From Chloroflexia bacterium (GTDB taxonomy: Bacteria > Chloroflexota > Chloroflexia > DTKN01): 64,000 nt of DNA. The notes beneath the pieces are model-generated. The model searched no databases. It was not told where the DNA came from and saw only the letters and a program-made list of their open reading frames with translations. Each line of letters starts with the position of its first letter. Positions within the stretch are counted from its first letter, which is position 1. The position numbers and the translations under genes are program-made. Below are positions 27,869-37,937 of the stretch, piece by piece. The stretch is from positions 18,589 through 82,588 of the forward strand of contig JBDOIE010000015.1 of the NCBI GenBank assembly GCA_041082245.1. The letters run 5' to 3'.

Positions 27869-28896
27869 GCGGGTGCATAGAGCTCCAGCACGTCACGAAG
27901 GACAGCGGCAGCGGTGGGAAGGGGGGTCGCCTCGACGATGCTTGCGGCAAGCACACCGCAGATGTCCGTATGGTAGACGATTCCCATCTGCTCAGGACCC
28001 AAGCGGGCCAGCGGATGATGTTCGGGCAGGGTGGTGGGGCCCACAGCGAGGCGGTACCCTTGGGCGGTGCGTTCTGCGAGGGCCAGTGGGCGGATGACCT
28101 GCCCCTGCGAGCGCGCATGCTGCAACGTTTCCGGCTGGATGCCCGAGATACCCTGGATGGTGACGTCTGCCAGGGAAGCAGGGTATCGCAGGACGCTCCA
28201 GGCCAGGATGACCAGCTTTTCTGCGGCATCCCAGCCGTCGATATCCAACCTGGGGTCGGCCTCGGCATGTCCGGCCGCCTGCATTTCAGCAAGCGCCTGT
28301 TCGAATGTTGCCCCCTGCTCCAGGCGGCAAAGAACGGCGTGCGAGGTCAGGTTCAGGATGCCCTCGAGGCGTACGATGTCGGCAGCGGCAAGGTCGCGGC
28401 GCCCCAGGTTGACCGCGGGGAGCCCTCCACCGACGGTCGCACTGAAACGCATCCGCGCGCCGGAGCGGGCAGCGAGCTCCAGAAGGTGCGGGAATGCGAG
28501 CACCAGGGGCGACTTGTTCGCGGTGACGACATCCATGCCTCGGGAAAGCGCGGCTTGCATGCATCCCAGGCCGGGCTGGCCGGTCTGGAGGTTGGCCGGG
28601 GAGGCTTCGACCAGCAGGTCAGCCGCGATGGTGCGCACGATCGGTTCTGCCGGCATATCGGCGTGCCCGACACCAGGAATCTGGCCAACGCTGCTGCCTG
28701 CGCGCTTCTGTTGGAGGACCCTTTCCAGGGCGATCCCACAGGGATCGTACGCGGCGCCACCCCGGTCCGCACACCCAACGAGCACGAGCTCCAGCCCGTA
28801 CCGTTCCCGGAGCAGGTCACGCTTTTCAGAAACGATCTCGAGAAACCGCCGGCCGACCTGCCCTATACCGTTCAGGAAGAACCGCACAACACGCAT
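27865..28896 (-). CDS. Homoserine dehydrogenase-like NAD(P)-binding oxidoreductase (no ACT domain)
   Basis: N-terminal Rossmann motif (FLNGIGQVGRRFLE) and ANKSPL / EGILNLTSH motifs reminiscent of Hom. 343 aa. Confidence 0.5.
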   Translation of the reverse strand: MRVVRFFLNGIGQVGRRFLEIVSEKRDLLRERYGLELVLVGCADRGGAAYDPCGIALERVLQQKRAGSSVGQIPGVGHADMPAEPIVRTIAADLLVEASPANLQTGQPGLGCMQAALSRGMDVVTANKSPLVLAFPHLLELAARSGARMRFSATVGGGLPAVNLGRRDLAAADIVRLEGILNLTSHAVLCRLEQGATFEQALAEMQAAGHAEADPRLDIDGWDAAEKLVILAWSVLRYPASLADVTIQGISGIQPETLQHARSQGQVIRPLALAERTAQGYRLAVGPTTLPEHHPLARLGPEQMGIVYHTDICGVLAASIVEATPLPTAAAVLRDVLELYAPA

Positions 28897-28946
28897 TTCT
28901 ACCTATCCCTTTCGGATGTAGCAGACCCATCTCAAAGGAGGCGAAA

Positions 28947-29243
28947 GTGCCGCAGACCCTGCGCGTCGAGATTGTAGAGGTGCAAGGCAATTGCCCCGTC
29001 TACCGGGGCGGCGAGTCTTTCTACATCGAGGCCGGGTATCGGCTGAAAGCACCGGAGCCCGTTTGCCTCCACGGAATCGTCAGCATTCTTCCGTACTACG
29101 TTGCACTGGCAAGAGGCATTCCCGCGCGGGACCTGGGCCTTGCGGGCCCTGACGGGGCCGCCTACGTGCAATGCCTCGACCCTCACGCCCTTACCGGCGG
29201 GGGCACCGTGACTTTTCGGCTGACGACCGAGGCCGCACCGTAG
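28947..29243 (+). CDS. Small conserved hypothetical protein (98 aa, 3 Cys)
   Basis: GTG start preceded by AAAGGAGG with a 5-nt spacer. Balanced amino-acid composition. Overlaps the 3' end of the convergent 29183..31636 gene by 61 nt. Confidence 0.45.
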   Translation: MPQTLRVEIVEVQGNCPVYRGGESFYIEAGYRLKAPEPVCLHGIVSILPYYVALARGIPARDLGLAGPDGAAYVQCLDPHALTGGGTVTFRLTTEAAP

Positions 29244-31636
29244 CACAGGGCTCCCGCGGCCAGGACCGCGCCGTATCCCGCCGTGAGGGCCAGCCACTGT
29301 GCCCCGATCGCGCCCACAACCGATGCACATCCGTTCGCCGCCCAGGCCCACGGGATGAGCGATCGCCGTGTGCTGCCCAGGGCACGTATGGCGGTGGGAA
29401 AGGGAATTCCCATCCCGAAGCCCAGGGGCAGCAGAAGCAAGGTGCCGATCCCCAGGCGCGCCCAAAAGGGAAGGCCCATCGTCGCCTGGACAAGCAGCGG
29501 CAACCCTGGCACAGCGAGCGCGATCGTCGTCGCGAGCACAAGGAGCAGTCCACCGAGCCGAACCTCCCGGCCTGCGCTCCACAGGCTTCCAAGCCCGGAC
29601 CCGACGAGCAGGGCGAAGAGCACGGTCGCCGTGGCGTAGAGCGGCCGGTCGAGGTACAGGGTAAACCGCCCCAAGAGCGGAATCTCCACAGCCATAAACC
29701 CGACGCCGAGCGCTGCGAAGTAGAGCAACACCGGGCCACGGCCGGCTACCTTTTCCCGGCGGTGCAGCGCGACCGGGAGCAAGATGAGCAACCCTGACGC
29801 CCCGACCGCAAGCAGGAGCAGCACAGGCACGATCAGGAAGCCCGCTCCCCCGAACGGCTGCGCGGTCTGCCCGTACTGCGCCAGCAGCTGCGGCAACTGA
29901 CGCCACGTGAAGAACTGGTAGAAGAAAGGGCGATCGTCCTCGGCCGGTCGGACATCGGCCGGCCAGCTGCGCAGGAACGCGCGGCGGTCCGGACCCACCA
30001 GGTAGCCTCGAAACGCATCGTAATAGATGGGCCCTTCCCGCACGATGTTGTGACGGTTCGCTTCCCCACGCTGCATGCCCGGGAGCCAGACGAGGTCGAA
30101 GCGCCGTTCCGCGCAGAAGCGGCGCACAGTCTGCAGCTCCGCAGGCGTCCACGCTTCCCGCCGCGCGAGGAGCAGCAGAGTGGACCAGCTGCGCACGGCA
30201 ACGATCTGTGCCTCCGGATGCGATGTTCCTTCCCGCTCCAGGGCTTCAACGAGCGTCGTGAGTGCCCGCAGTTCCTCCGAAGGTGGCTGCTGCAACCAGC
30301 GCGTGATCGCGAGGATCCCGTCCGGGGCAAGCCGTCGTAGCGCAGCGCGGAACGACTCTACCGTGTAGCGGCTTTCTTCGACCAGACTGTAGGCGCCTGC
30401 GGTCACCACCGTCCGCTCCCCGGTCAGGCAGTAGACGATCAGGTCGAATTGCGGTCCGCACGAGGCCAGGTAGGAGCGGGCGCCCCGGTGCAACACACGT
30501 ACCTGGGGACGGGAGAAGATCCCGCCGATCTCCGAGGCCAAGTGCTCCTCGACCACTTCTGCGACCAGCGGGTCCTGCTGGATGACCACGATCTCGCGCG
30601 CTCCTTGCTCCAGTGCTTGCAGCAGGTCCAGCCCACCCATCGGCTCGATAAGCAGGGTGCGCGCCCCCGGGCGGATGTGATAGGGCAGGGAGGTCAGCAT
30701 CGCATCCAGGAAAGCGGGAGGGGCATCCGATGCGTGCACCAGGGTGAGCGGCGAAGGCTGATCGCCGTCGATCGTCAATGACATCTGCTGGGGCAACGGG
30801 CCGCTAGGCACGAGGGGCAGACCTGGGAAGGAGTGGTACGGACCACCGGCGACGACGTCCACGCGCGCGGCCGCATGCTCTTTCGAGTACACGAGGCGCG
30901 CGCCCGGGAAGAAGAGCTGCTGCACCAGGCTCTTGTGGGGGTCCATACGCGGTGTCAAAGCGGGGGGAGGGCGCAGGAGGAGGATCAGCGAACCTCCTAG
31001 CCCGGCAAGTGCGAAGAGTACCGGCCACGACCGCTTCCCCAGCGAGAAGAGTACCGCGGCGGTGGCAGCCAGAAGCGCGGCCGCCAGCGGAAGCCTCTGG
31101 CTACCCAGGAGACCGATAAGCGGAACGGCAAGCGCTGTCCCCAGGGCCGATCCGGCCAGGTTTGCACCGTACAGCCGGCCAGCGTGCTCCGGTGTAGATT
31201 CCAGCACCAGGCACACCACCAGACCCCCGCAGAGGAAGGGAAGGCCCAGCGCGAGGTAGTACAGCGTAAGGTACACGTACTGGCGGCGGTCCCAAGCCAC
31301 AGCATACAGGTCGAGCGGAAGGGCGTGAAGGATCCACAGCAGAACCACACATAGCGCGGAGAAACCGATGCTCAGTCCGACCAGGGTCTGGCGTCGCAGC
31401 GGCCGTGTGAGGCCCGGAAACGCGGCGTGGAGCGACCCCCCCGCGCCGCTCCCGAGCAATGCCAGGCTGACCACGAGGAAGGCGAAATGGTACCATTGGC
31501 ACACCGCGAGCATGCGCGTGAGCCCGACCTCGAGGAGGAGGACGCTTGCAGAAAGCAACGACAGGCCCAGGTAGAGCGCGACCACTGCCGGCTCCTGGAG
31601 ACCTTGGCTACTCCGGTTCAACCCGCGCGAGGGCAT
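29183..31636 (-). CDS. Membrane-embedded spermidine-synthase-like (class I SAM/aminopropyltransferase fold) protein. N- and C-terminal polytopic TM blocks flank the catalytic-fold domain.
   Basis: The central region (RARTLLIEPMGGLDLLQALEQGAREIVVIQQDP ... FDLIVYCLTG ... LAPDGILAI) resembles the SpdS fold, with many hydrophobic helices on both sides. Start set to the ATG at 31636 (MPSRGLNR); the ORF-track start at 31804 would overlap the upstream gene. Confidence 0.55.
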   Translation of the reverse strand: MPSRGLNRSSQGLQEPAVVALYLGLSLLSASVLLLEVGLTRMLAVCQWYHFAFLVVSLALLGSGAGGSLHAAFPGLTRPLRRQTLVGLSIGFSALCVVLLWILHALPLDLYAVAWDRRQYVYLTLYYLALGLPFLCGGLVVCLVLESTPEHAGRLYGANLAGSALGTALAVPLIGLLGSQRLPLAAALLAATAAVLFSLGKRSWPVLFALAGLGGSLILLLRPPPALTPRMDPHKSLVQQLFFPGARLVYSKEHAAARVDVVAGGPYHSFPGLPLVPSGPLPQQMSLTIDGDQPSPLTLVHASDAPPAFLDAMLTSLPYHIRPGARTLLIEPMGGLDLLQALEQGAREIVVIQQDPLVAEVVEEHLASEIGGIFSRPQVRVLHRGARSYLASCGPQFDLIVYCLTGERTVVTAGAYSLVEESRYTVESFRAALRRLAPDGILAITRWLQQPPSEELRALTTLVEALEREGTSHPEAQIVAVRSWSTLLLLARREAWTPAELQTVRRFCAERRFDLVWLPGMQRGEANRHNIVREGPIYYDAFRGYLVGPDRRAFLRSWPADVRPAEDDRPFFYQFFTWRQLPQLLAQYGQTAQPFGGAGFLIVPVLLLLAVGASGLLILLPVALHRREKVAGRGPVLLYFAALGVGFMAVEIPLLGRFTLYLDRPLYATATVLFALLVGSGLGSLWSAGREVRLGGLLLVLATTIALAVPGLPLLVQATMGLPFWARLGIGTLLLLPLGFGMGIPFPTAIRALGSTRRSLIPWAWAANGCASVVGAIGAQWLALTAGYGAVLAAGALCYGAASVVSRKVTVPPPVRA

Positions 31637-31670
31637 TGGACCCCGGAAGCGCACGGAGCGAACAGTGGGC

Positions 31671-32633
31671 TCAGAGAGCGCCGGATGCTTCTTCCTCGCG
31701 GTACCAGCGGTAGAACCGTTCCAGGCCCTCTTCCAGGCATGTGCGCGGCTCGAAACCGAGCAGCCGCCGTGCCTTGGAGATATCCGCGTGGGTAAGCGGA
31801 ACATCGCCCGGGGCAGGGGGTTCCTGCACCACGTGGGCCTTTCGTCCGACGATCTGCTCGATCAGGGCGATAAAGCCTCGCACCGTAACGGTACGGGAGT
31901 TGCCCAGGTTGATGATTTCCCAGGCGAGTTCGGCGTCCAGAGCCGCCAGTACCCCGGCGACGATGTCGTCGATGTAGGTAAAATCGCGCTGGGCGCTCCC
32001 GTCTCCGTACAGGTGGAGCGGTTCGCCGCGGTGTATCGCCTCGGTGAACCGGTATGGGGCCATATCGGGGCGACCACGCGGGCCGTACACCGTGAAGAAA
32101 CGAAGCGCTGTACACGGCAGACCATACAGGTGATGGTACGTGTAGGCGAGCAGCTCCGCAGCGCGTTTCGTTGCTGCGTAGGGAGAGATCGGGTGCAGAC
32201 ATGGGTCGTCCTCGCGGAACGGCGGGCGGCTGTCCACCCCGTAAACCGAGGAGCTGGAAGCAAGGAGGAATGCTCGCACGCCGAACCGGCGTGCCTGCTC
32301 GAGCAAAACCAGCGTCCCTCCCACGTTGACTTCCTGGAAGAGCTGTGGCTGGGCCAGCGAGTAGCGGACCCCGGCCATCGCCGCAATGTGCACAACCTTC
32401 TCCGGCCGCTCCGTTTCGAACAGAGAACGCACCGTGCTCACATCCCGGATGTCTCCTTCCCAGAGGCGAAAGTTGGAGCGCCCGAAGAGCGGGGCGATGT
32501 TGCGCCGTTTCCGCGCCGGGCTGTAGTAATCGTGAAAGTTGTCCAGACAGACCACCTCGTCGCCGCGTGCGACCAGCGCCTCGCAGACGTGCGAGCCGAT
32601 GAACCCGGCCCCTCCGGTCACAAGCACCTTCAC
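31671..32633 (-). CDS. NAD-dependent nucleotide-sugar epimerase, UDP-glucuronate 4-epimerase-like
   Basis: [15 protein letters not shown], the NFHDYY motif and YxxxK. Overlaps the UXS stop by 4 nt (ATGA). Confidence 0.7.
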   Translation of the reverse strand: MKVLVTGGAGFIGSHVCEALVARGDEVVCLDNFHDYYSPARKRRNIAPLFGRSNFRLWEGDIRDVSTVRSLFETERPEKVVHIAAMAGVRYSLAQPQLFQEVNVGGTLVLLEQARRFGVRAFLLASSSSVYGVDSRPPFREDDPCLHPISPYAATKRAAELLAYTYHHLYGLPCTALRFFTVYGPRGRPDMAPYRFTEAIHRGEPLHLYGDGSAQRDFTYIDDIVAGVLAALDAELAWEIINLGNSRTVTVRGFIALIEQIVGRKAHVVQEPPAPGDVPLTHADISKARRLLGFEPRTCLEEGLERFYRWYREEEASGAL

Positions 32634-33595
32634 AACCGCCCCTCCTTTTCCAGACGCGCGCGGAACCAGGCCACCGTGTGGGTGAGTCCTTCCTCCAGCG
32701 GCACCACCGGTTCCCAGTTCAGGATGCGTCGGGCGAGGGTGATGTCCGGCTGGCGCACGTGGGGATCGTCACGGGTGCGTTCGTCGTTTGGGACGACGAA
32801 CTTGATCGGCGAACGGCTCCCTGTGATTTTCAGGACAAGCCGTGCGAAATCCAGAATGGTCATCTCCTGCGGGTTTCCGAGGTTGACCGGACCCGGGTAG
32901 TCGCTGAAGAGCAACCGCGTGAGGCCCTCTACCATGTCGGAGATGTAACAGAACGACCGCGTACGCTGCCCGTCGTCGTAGACCGTGAGTGGCTCGCCCA
33001 GTAGCGCCTGCCGGATAAAGTTCGGCACCACGCGTCCGTCGTCCAGCCGCATCCGGGGCCCGTAGGTGTTAAAGATGCGCGCGATGCGGGTCGGAATGCC
33101 GTGGGCGCGGTGGTAAGCCATGGTCAGCGCTTCCGCAAAGCGCTTAGACTCGTCGTAAACGCCCCGCGGCCCCACCGGATTGACGTTGCCCCAGTAAGTC
33201 TCGGGCTGAGGATGTATCTGTGGGTCGCCGTAGACCTCGGAGGTGGAAGCAAGCAAGAACACGGCCCGCTTGGCGAGCGCGAGCCCAAGGGCGTTGTGCG
33301 TCCCCAGCGCGCCCACCTTCAGGGTCTGGATTGGCTTTTCCAGGTAGTCGACCGGGCTGGGCAGCGACGCGAGGTGGAGGATCGCATCCAGTGGGCCCTC
33401 CACGTGGATGAAGCGGGTGACATCGTGCAGCACAAAGTGGAAGCGCTCGTGTTCCATCAGGTGTGCGATGTTATCCTTACTCCCGGTCACGAGGTTATCC
33501 ATTGCGATGACCTCGTGGCCTTCCGCGAGGAAACGCTCGCACAGGTGGGAACCGATGAAGCCGGCGCCGCCCGTGACGAGGATCCGCATGTCCAC
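32630..33595 (-). CDS. UDP-glucuronate decarboxylase (UDP-xylose synthase)
   Basis: [28 protein letters not shown] and YDESKRFAE are strongly UXS-like. Confidence 0.8.
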   Translation of the reverse strand: MDMRILVTGGAGFIGSHLCERFLAEGHEVIAMDNLVTGSKDNIAHLMEHERFHFVLHDVTRFIHVEGPLDAILHLASLPSPVDYLEKPIQTLKVGALGTHNALGLALAKRAVFLLASTSEVYGDPQIHPQPETYWGNVNPVGPRGVYDESKRFAEALTMAYHRAHGIPTRIARIFNTYGPRMRLDDGRVVPNFIRQALLGEPLTVYDDGQRTRSFCYISDMVEGLTRLLFSDYPGPVNLGNPQEMTILDFARLVLKITGSRSPIKFVVPNDERTRDDPHVRQPDITLARRILNWEPVVPLEEGLTHTVAWFRARLEKEGRL

Positions 33596-33635
33596 CTCCG
33601 CTTTTCGAGGGGCGGTTCCTCCTGTGAGAACGCCC

Positions 33636-35105
33636 CTAGTACGCGCCCTTGCCGGTGATCACTGCCGGGATCGTACGCAACAGGATCACCAGATCGAGCC
33701 ACAGGTTCCAGTTCTCGATGTAGTAGAGGTCCAACCGGACCATCTCGTCGAAGGTGAGGTCGCTTCGCCCGGAGACCTGCCAGATGCCTGTCAGACCAGG
33801 GAGAACCTCAAGGCGTTTCCGATGCCACGGCTCGTACTGTGCAACCTCGCCCGGGGTTCCTGGCCGGGGTCCTACCCAGCTCATCTCGCCCCACAGGATG
33901 TTAAAGACCTGTGGCAGCTCGTCGAGGCTTGTGCGGCGCAGGATGCGTCCCACGCGCGTGACCCGGGGGTCATCGCGGATCTTGAAGAGCGGGCCGCTGG
34001 CCTCGTTGAGCGGGGCGAGCCGCTCCTGTTCGGCTTCGGCATTGGCGTGCATGGTGCGGAACTTGAGCAGCGTGAAAGGCCTCCCTCGCCGACCGATCCG
34101 CCTCTGACGAAAGAGCACCGGCCCTGGGGAATCCAGTTTGATCGCCAGGGCGATGGCCAGGAGCAGCGGCCATCCGAGCGCGAGCACGAGGAGGCTGAGG
34201 ACGATGTCGAGCGTACGCTTCAGGACGAGGTTCCATCCGCGGATGGCTACCTCTTTCAGCCCGATCAGGGGGATGCCCGCCAGCTCGGCTACATCCACCC
34301 GGTCGAAGCTCATCTCGAAGAGATCGGGTGCGATCCGAAAGTCCACCCCCTCCTGGCGGCACAGGTTGGCGACTTCGAGCGTCTGCCGGTGCTCGTGCGG
34401 TGGAAGCGCGATGATGACCTCGTCGATGCGACAGGGCTGCAGGACAAGGGGAAGGTCCTCCGTCCGGCCCAGGTAGCGAAACGTCCCCTCGATCTCGCTT
34501 GGTGCATCCCCAGGGCGGTCTTCGTTGTCCAAGTAGCCCACGAGGAAGTATCCCAGTTCCGGCCGGCTCTGGATGCTTTCCATCACGCGCTTTCCGGCCT
34601 GGCCCGCCCCTACGACGAGCACGCGCTCGACCCCGATGCCGTTTTTCCAGAGCCAGCACTGCAGCCGGCGGACAAGCGCCCGGCCCCCTGCGACGGCCAC
34701 GGTGATGGTGAACCAGGCGTAGAGATACAGCAGGCGCGTGTAATAGGTGCGCGTAGCATAGAGCACGACGACGAGGATGGCTACGGCGAGCGTTGTGCTA
34801 TCCGCAATGCGTGCAAGCGCTTCCAGCCAGCTCGCACCACGCGGAAGCCGGTAAAGCCCACGGCTCTCCAGCAGGATGAGGAGGATGCCCACGAGGGTCA
34901 GGCCGATCCAGAAGAAATTCTGGAACGGCAGATAGTAGATCTCGAGCACAGCGCGCCCGAGCTGAAGGTCGTACCGCAGCCAGTACGCCAGGGCAAAGCC
35001 CGCGAAGGCCATGCCGGCATCCAGGCAGAGCAAGCCAATGTGCTGAATGATGCGTCGTAGGCGTCGACTCAGCAAACCACACCTCTGCGGTCGATCCGCG
35101 CCCAT
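33636..35105 (-). CDS. Polyprenyl-phosphate sugar phosphotransferase (WbaP/exopolysaccharide priming glycosyltransferase family)
   Basis: C-terminal bacterial sugar transferase domain ([11 protein letters not shown] ... [21 protein letters not shown]) plus N-terminal TM helices. Confidence 0.8.
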   Translation of the reverse strand: MGADRPQRCGLLSRRLRRIIQHIGLLCLDAGMAFAGFALAYWLRYDLQLGRAVLEIYYLPFQNFFWIGLTLVGILLILLESRGLYRLPRGASWLEALARIADSTTLAVAILVVVLYATRTYYTRLLYLYAWFTITVAVAGGRALVRRLQCWLWKNGIGVERVLVVGAGQAGKRVMESIQSRPELGYFLVGYLDNEDRPGDAPSEIEGTFRYLGRTEDLPLVLQPCRIDEVIIALPPHEHRQTLEVANLCRQEGVDFRIAPDLFEMSFDRVDVAELAGIPLIGLKEVAIRGWNLVLKRTLDIVLSLLVLALGWPLLLAIALAIKLDSPGPVLFRQRRIGRRGRPFTLLKFRTMHANAEAEQERLAPLNEASGPLFKIRDDPRVTRVGRILRRTSLDELPQVFNILWGEMSWVGPRPGTPGEVAQYEPWHRKRLEVLPGLTGIWQVSGRSDLTFDEMVRLDLYYIENWNLWLDLVILLRTIPAVITGKGAY

Positions 35106-35437
35106 TATACCACAACCGTCGGCACCGGCGCGCTGCAGGTACAGACGGCACTCGCGATATCCGTAGCCGAGCTTCTACGACGTAACAGGCCAGTCGGCCG
35201 GCCGGCCCCGCAAAAGCGCCCCGGAACCGGAGAATCTTACGGGATGACGGAAGGTGCCGCTGCATACGGAGCACGCGTGGGAGTGTCGGTTGCGAGCCAC
35301 GTCGCACCGATCGATGGGAGACAGCGCCACCGCGCAGAACGGTGCAACCGATGCTCGAGACGTTCGATGTGCACCTCGCGGGCAATGTTCGGCCGCCGGG
35401 CGACCCTCTGTTGGAACTCAGCTGGCCAGGAGCCTCC

Positions 35438-35466
35438 TTGACGACCAGGGATGACTTGGGTATGAT
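35438..35466 (+). promoter_or_regulatory. Sigma70-like promoter: TTGACG, 17 bp, TATGAT, upstream of the membrane gene at 35515
   Basis: Read directly. The -10 hexamer is 48 nt upstream of the GTG start. Confidence 0.45.
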
Positions 35467-35514
35467 ACGCTCGCAGTCTGCTCCCGGCAAAAGGTCGCAC
35501 GAGGACGTGGATCC

Positions 35515-37023
35515 GTGAGAGCTTCTCGGCTTGCCGTGCTGTTTTCCCGCGAGGCGCTCTGGACAGGGAGCCTCTTTCTCCTCTTCCTCTTCGCGCTATT
35601 GGTGCAGCCGCTCCGTTCTGCCGACTTCTGGTGGCACCTGAAGGTGGGCGAGATCGTCCTGGACGAGCACGCCGTGCCCCGCGTCGATCGCTTTTCGACC
35701 ACCATGGCTGGGCATCCGTACACCTACCAGAGCTGGTTGGCAGGGGTGTGCTTTGCGCTCCTCTACCGTCTGGGCGGCGCGGGCACGGTTGTGGTGGCCC
35801 ACGCCTTGCTCCTCAGCGCGGCTTACTCCCTCCTGTGGAGCGTCTGTCGGAAAGCCGGCGGCCACCCGCTGGTGGCGACGGCGTGCACGTTCGCGGCGAT
35901 GGTCGTTTGCGGCGGAAACTGGGGCGTCCGGCCTCAGAGCTTCTCCACCTTCCTTTTTGCGCTCTTTTTCTGGCTCTTGGTACGCCACGCGCGGGGCGAG
36001 CAGGTACCGTGGTGGCTTTTTCCTCTGGGGATGGTGGTGTGGGCGAACCTGCACGGAGGCTTCGTACTGGGTCTGGGATTGCTTGGTGCGGCGGTGGTGG
36101 GGGAAGGGATCGCGTGGTTGTTGCCAGGCCGGCCGTTCCCGATCGTTTCGGGCAAGCGCTGGACGGGGATGGTCGGAGCACTGGTCTCTTCCGTTGTTGG
36201 CACGCTGGTGAATCCGGCCGGCCTGGGAGTCTACGCGTATGTCCGCAGGATCCAGCGAAACCCGGTCATCCACGGAGCCATTGCCGAGTGGCAGCCCCCG
36301 CGTGTGGACGAGCCTGTGGGAGCGATCTTCTTTGGCTCTTTGTTCCTGCTGTTCCTTGTCCTTCTTTACCGGGGGTACCGACCGCATCCGAGGGAAGCGC
36401 TGTGGTTGCTCGGCACCGGGTGGTTGGCCCTCGGTAGCGTCCGAAGCATCCTCTGGTACACGTTTCCGATGGCGCTGCTGCTGGCCCAGTCGGTGGGAAC
36501 CGTTCGTCTGCCCCGGATACGAAAGCCGCGCGTCGGCGAGGCGGTGGCGAACGGTGCGGTGCTCGTGCTCCTGCTGGCGCTCGTGGTCGCGGCGCTTCCG
36601 CCGTTCAAAGGACGATTGCCCCTTGGGGCGGACCTGCGGGGGACCATCGCCCCGGACACCCCAGTACGTGCCACAGACTATATCCTGAGCCACGGCCTCG
36701 CTGGGCCGATTTTCCACCGGATGGAGTACGGGGACTACCTGCTCTGGCGCTGTTATCCAGAACGGCGGGTCTTTGTCGATCCCCGTATCGAGCTGTATCC
36801 GCCTGCGATCTGGGAGGCGTACGAAGCCATCTCACAGGGCGGGCCGCAGGCCGCGAATCTGCTCGAGCAGTACGGCATCCGCGTCCTGCTCCTGGACCGG
36901 GTCCGCCAGGCGCGTCTGCTGGAGTGGGCGCGTAGCTCCGGCCTGTGGCATCTGTGTTTTGAGGACGAGGCAGAGGGGACCGCAGTGCTCGCACAGAGCT
37001 GTCCCGGAGACAAGGTTCAGTGA
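35515..37023 (+). CDS. Polytopic membrane protein with a C-terminal soluble domain (GT-C-type glycosyltransferase-like)
   Basis: 11 or more TM helices, then a roughly 150-aa hydrophilic C-terminus. GTG start. Family uncertain. Confidence 0.4.
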   Translation: MRASRLAVLFSREALWTGSLFLLFLFALLVQPLRSADFWWHLKVGEIVLDEHAVPRVDRFSTTMAGHPYTYQSWLAGVCFALLYRLGGAGTVVVAHALLLSAAYSLLWSVCRKAGGHPLVATACTFAAMVVCGGNWGVRPQSFSTFLFALFFWLLVRHARGEQVPWWLFPLGMVVWANLHGGFVLGLGLLGAAVVGEGIAWLLPGRPFPIVSGKRWTGMVGALVSSVVGTLVNPAGLGVYAYVRRIQRNPVIHGAIAEWQPPRVDEPVGAIFFGSLFLLFLVLLYRGYRPHPREALWLLGTGWLALGSVRSILWYTFPMALLLAQSVGTVRLPRIRKPRVGEAVANGAVLVLLLALVVAALPPFKGRLPLGADLRGTIAPDTPVRATDYILSHGLAGPIFHRMEYGDYLLWRCYPERRVFVDPRIELYPPAIWEAYEAISQGGPQAANLLEQYGIRVLLLDRVRQARLLEWARSSGLWHLCFEDEAEGTAVLAQSCPGDKVQ

Positions 37024-37937
37024 AACCATCCCCCCAGGGCGATGCCGCTCGAGACGAGCGAAGCGGCTGCCCATAGCGAGACGGCGCGGAGAGAAGGTAC
37101 AGGGAGAGGGTTTGACGGGGCACGCAGGAGGGGAAGCGATTGGCCCAGGAGAGCGAAGGCCAGGAACGTCCCCCACGATGGTCGGCTGAGAAGGATCCAG
37201 AGAACCCCTGTCGCCTGAGGAAAGAGGAAGCCCATCGCGGCTTTCCGCGGGGCATCCTGTCGCAGAAGGGCTAGCCACGCGCCTGCGGCCGTGCCCCATA
37301 ACAGTCCCAGGCACAGGGAGGGGATGGAAAGCGGGGCCCGGCAAGCGTGCCCGAGCCACCAGGGCCAGGCGATCAGTGAGATCCCTGCGAGGAGGAGTCT
37401 TGGCCAGGTGCGAGATCGGGCAAGCCGGAGCAAGCCGAGGAGGGCCAGGCCGGCTGCACACGCGACGAGCGGGCGATTTCCCAGGAGGGCGCAGGTCAGA
37501 AGAAGCGTGACAAGCAGAAAAGCGAACTCAGGCGTTGTTCTCTTCGCGAGTGCTGTCTGCACCTTCCGGAAGGCTTTGCCGAGTGCGCGGGCGGCGAGGG
37601 CGCTGAGGGAGCCAGGCCGGGTGTAGGGAAGATAGGGGAACGAACGGGCAGAAGAAGCGCGCCGCAGGGATGGGGGGTTGGTTGGGCTGGAGCGATCGGC
37701 CCCCGCGCCGTATCCTACGAGTCGAACCCAGACCGTACCTATGAGCAAGCAACCGAGAAACAGGCGCGCAAGGTCCCACCAGCGCAGCGTCTGGCTTCCT
37801 GCGGCGGCACCCCCCGCGACCCACGCCAACGCGCTGGCCACACCCGCAGGTGTCAGCGCGAGCCGGATCTCCGGCCCTACGAGTGCCGCAACAGGCCCTG
37901 ATCTGGGTGACTCGCGGTGCTCGGTCCTCATTGCCAT
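37017..37937 (-). CDS. Hypothetical integral membrane protein (306 aa) in an operon downstream of amt
   Basis: Hydrophobic helices. 10-nt overlap with the amt 3' end. No recognisable motif. It could be an antisense artefact. Confidence 0.3.
   Translation of the reverse strand: MAMRTEHRESPRSGPVAALVGPEIRLALTPAGVASALAWVAGGAAAGSQTLRWWDLARLFLGCLLIGTVWVRLVGYGAGADRSSPTNPPSLRRASSARSFPYLPYTRPGSLSALAARALGKAFRKVQTALAKRTTPEFAFLLVTLLLTCALLGNRPLVACAAGLALLGLLRLARSRTWPRLLLAGISLIAWPWWLGHACRAPLSIPSLCLGLLWGTAAGAWLALLRQDAPRKAAMGFLFPQATGVLWILLSRPSWGTFLAFALLGQSLPLLRAPSNPLPVPSLRAVSLWAAASLVSSGIALGGWFH

Noticed and set aside
35244-35441. A 65-aa ORF (MTEGAAAYGARV...) inside the 409-nt intergenic region.
   Set aside because: No RBS, and an Arg/Cys-rich composition that looks improbable. 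It is more likely non-coding leader or promoter DNA.
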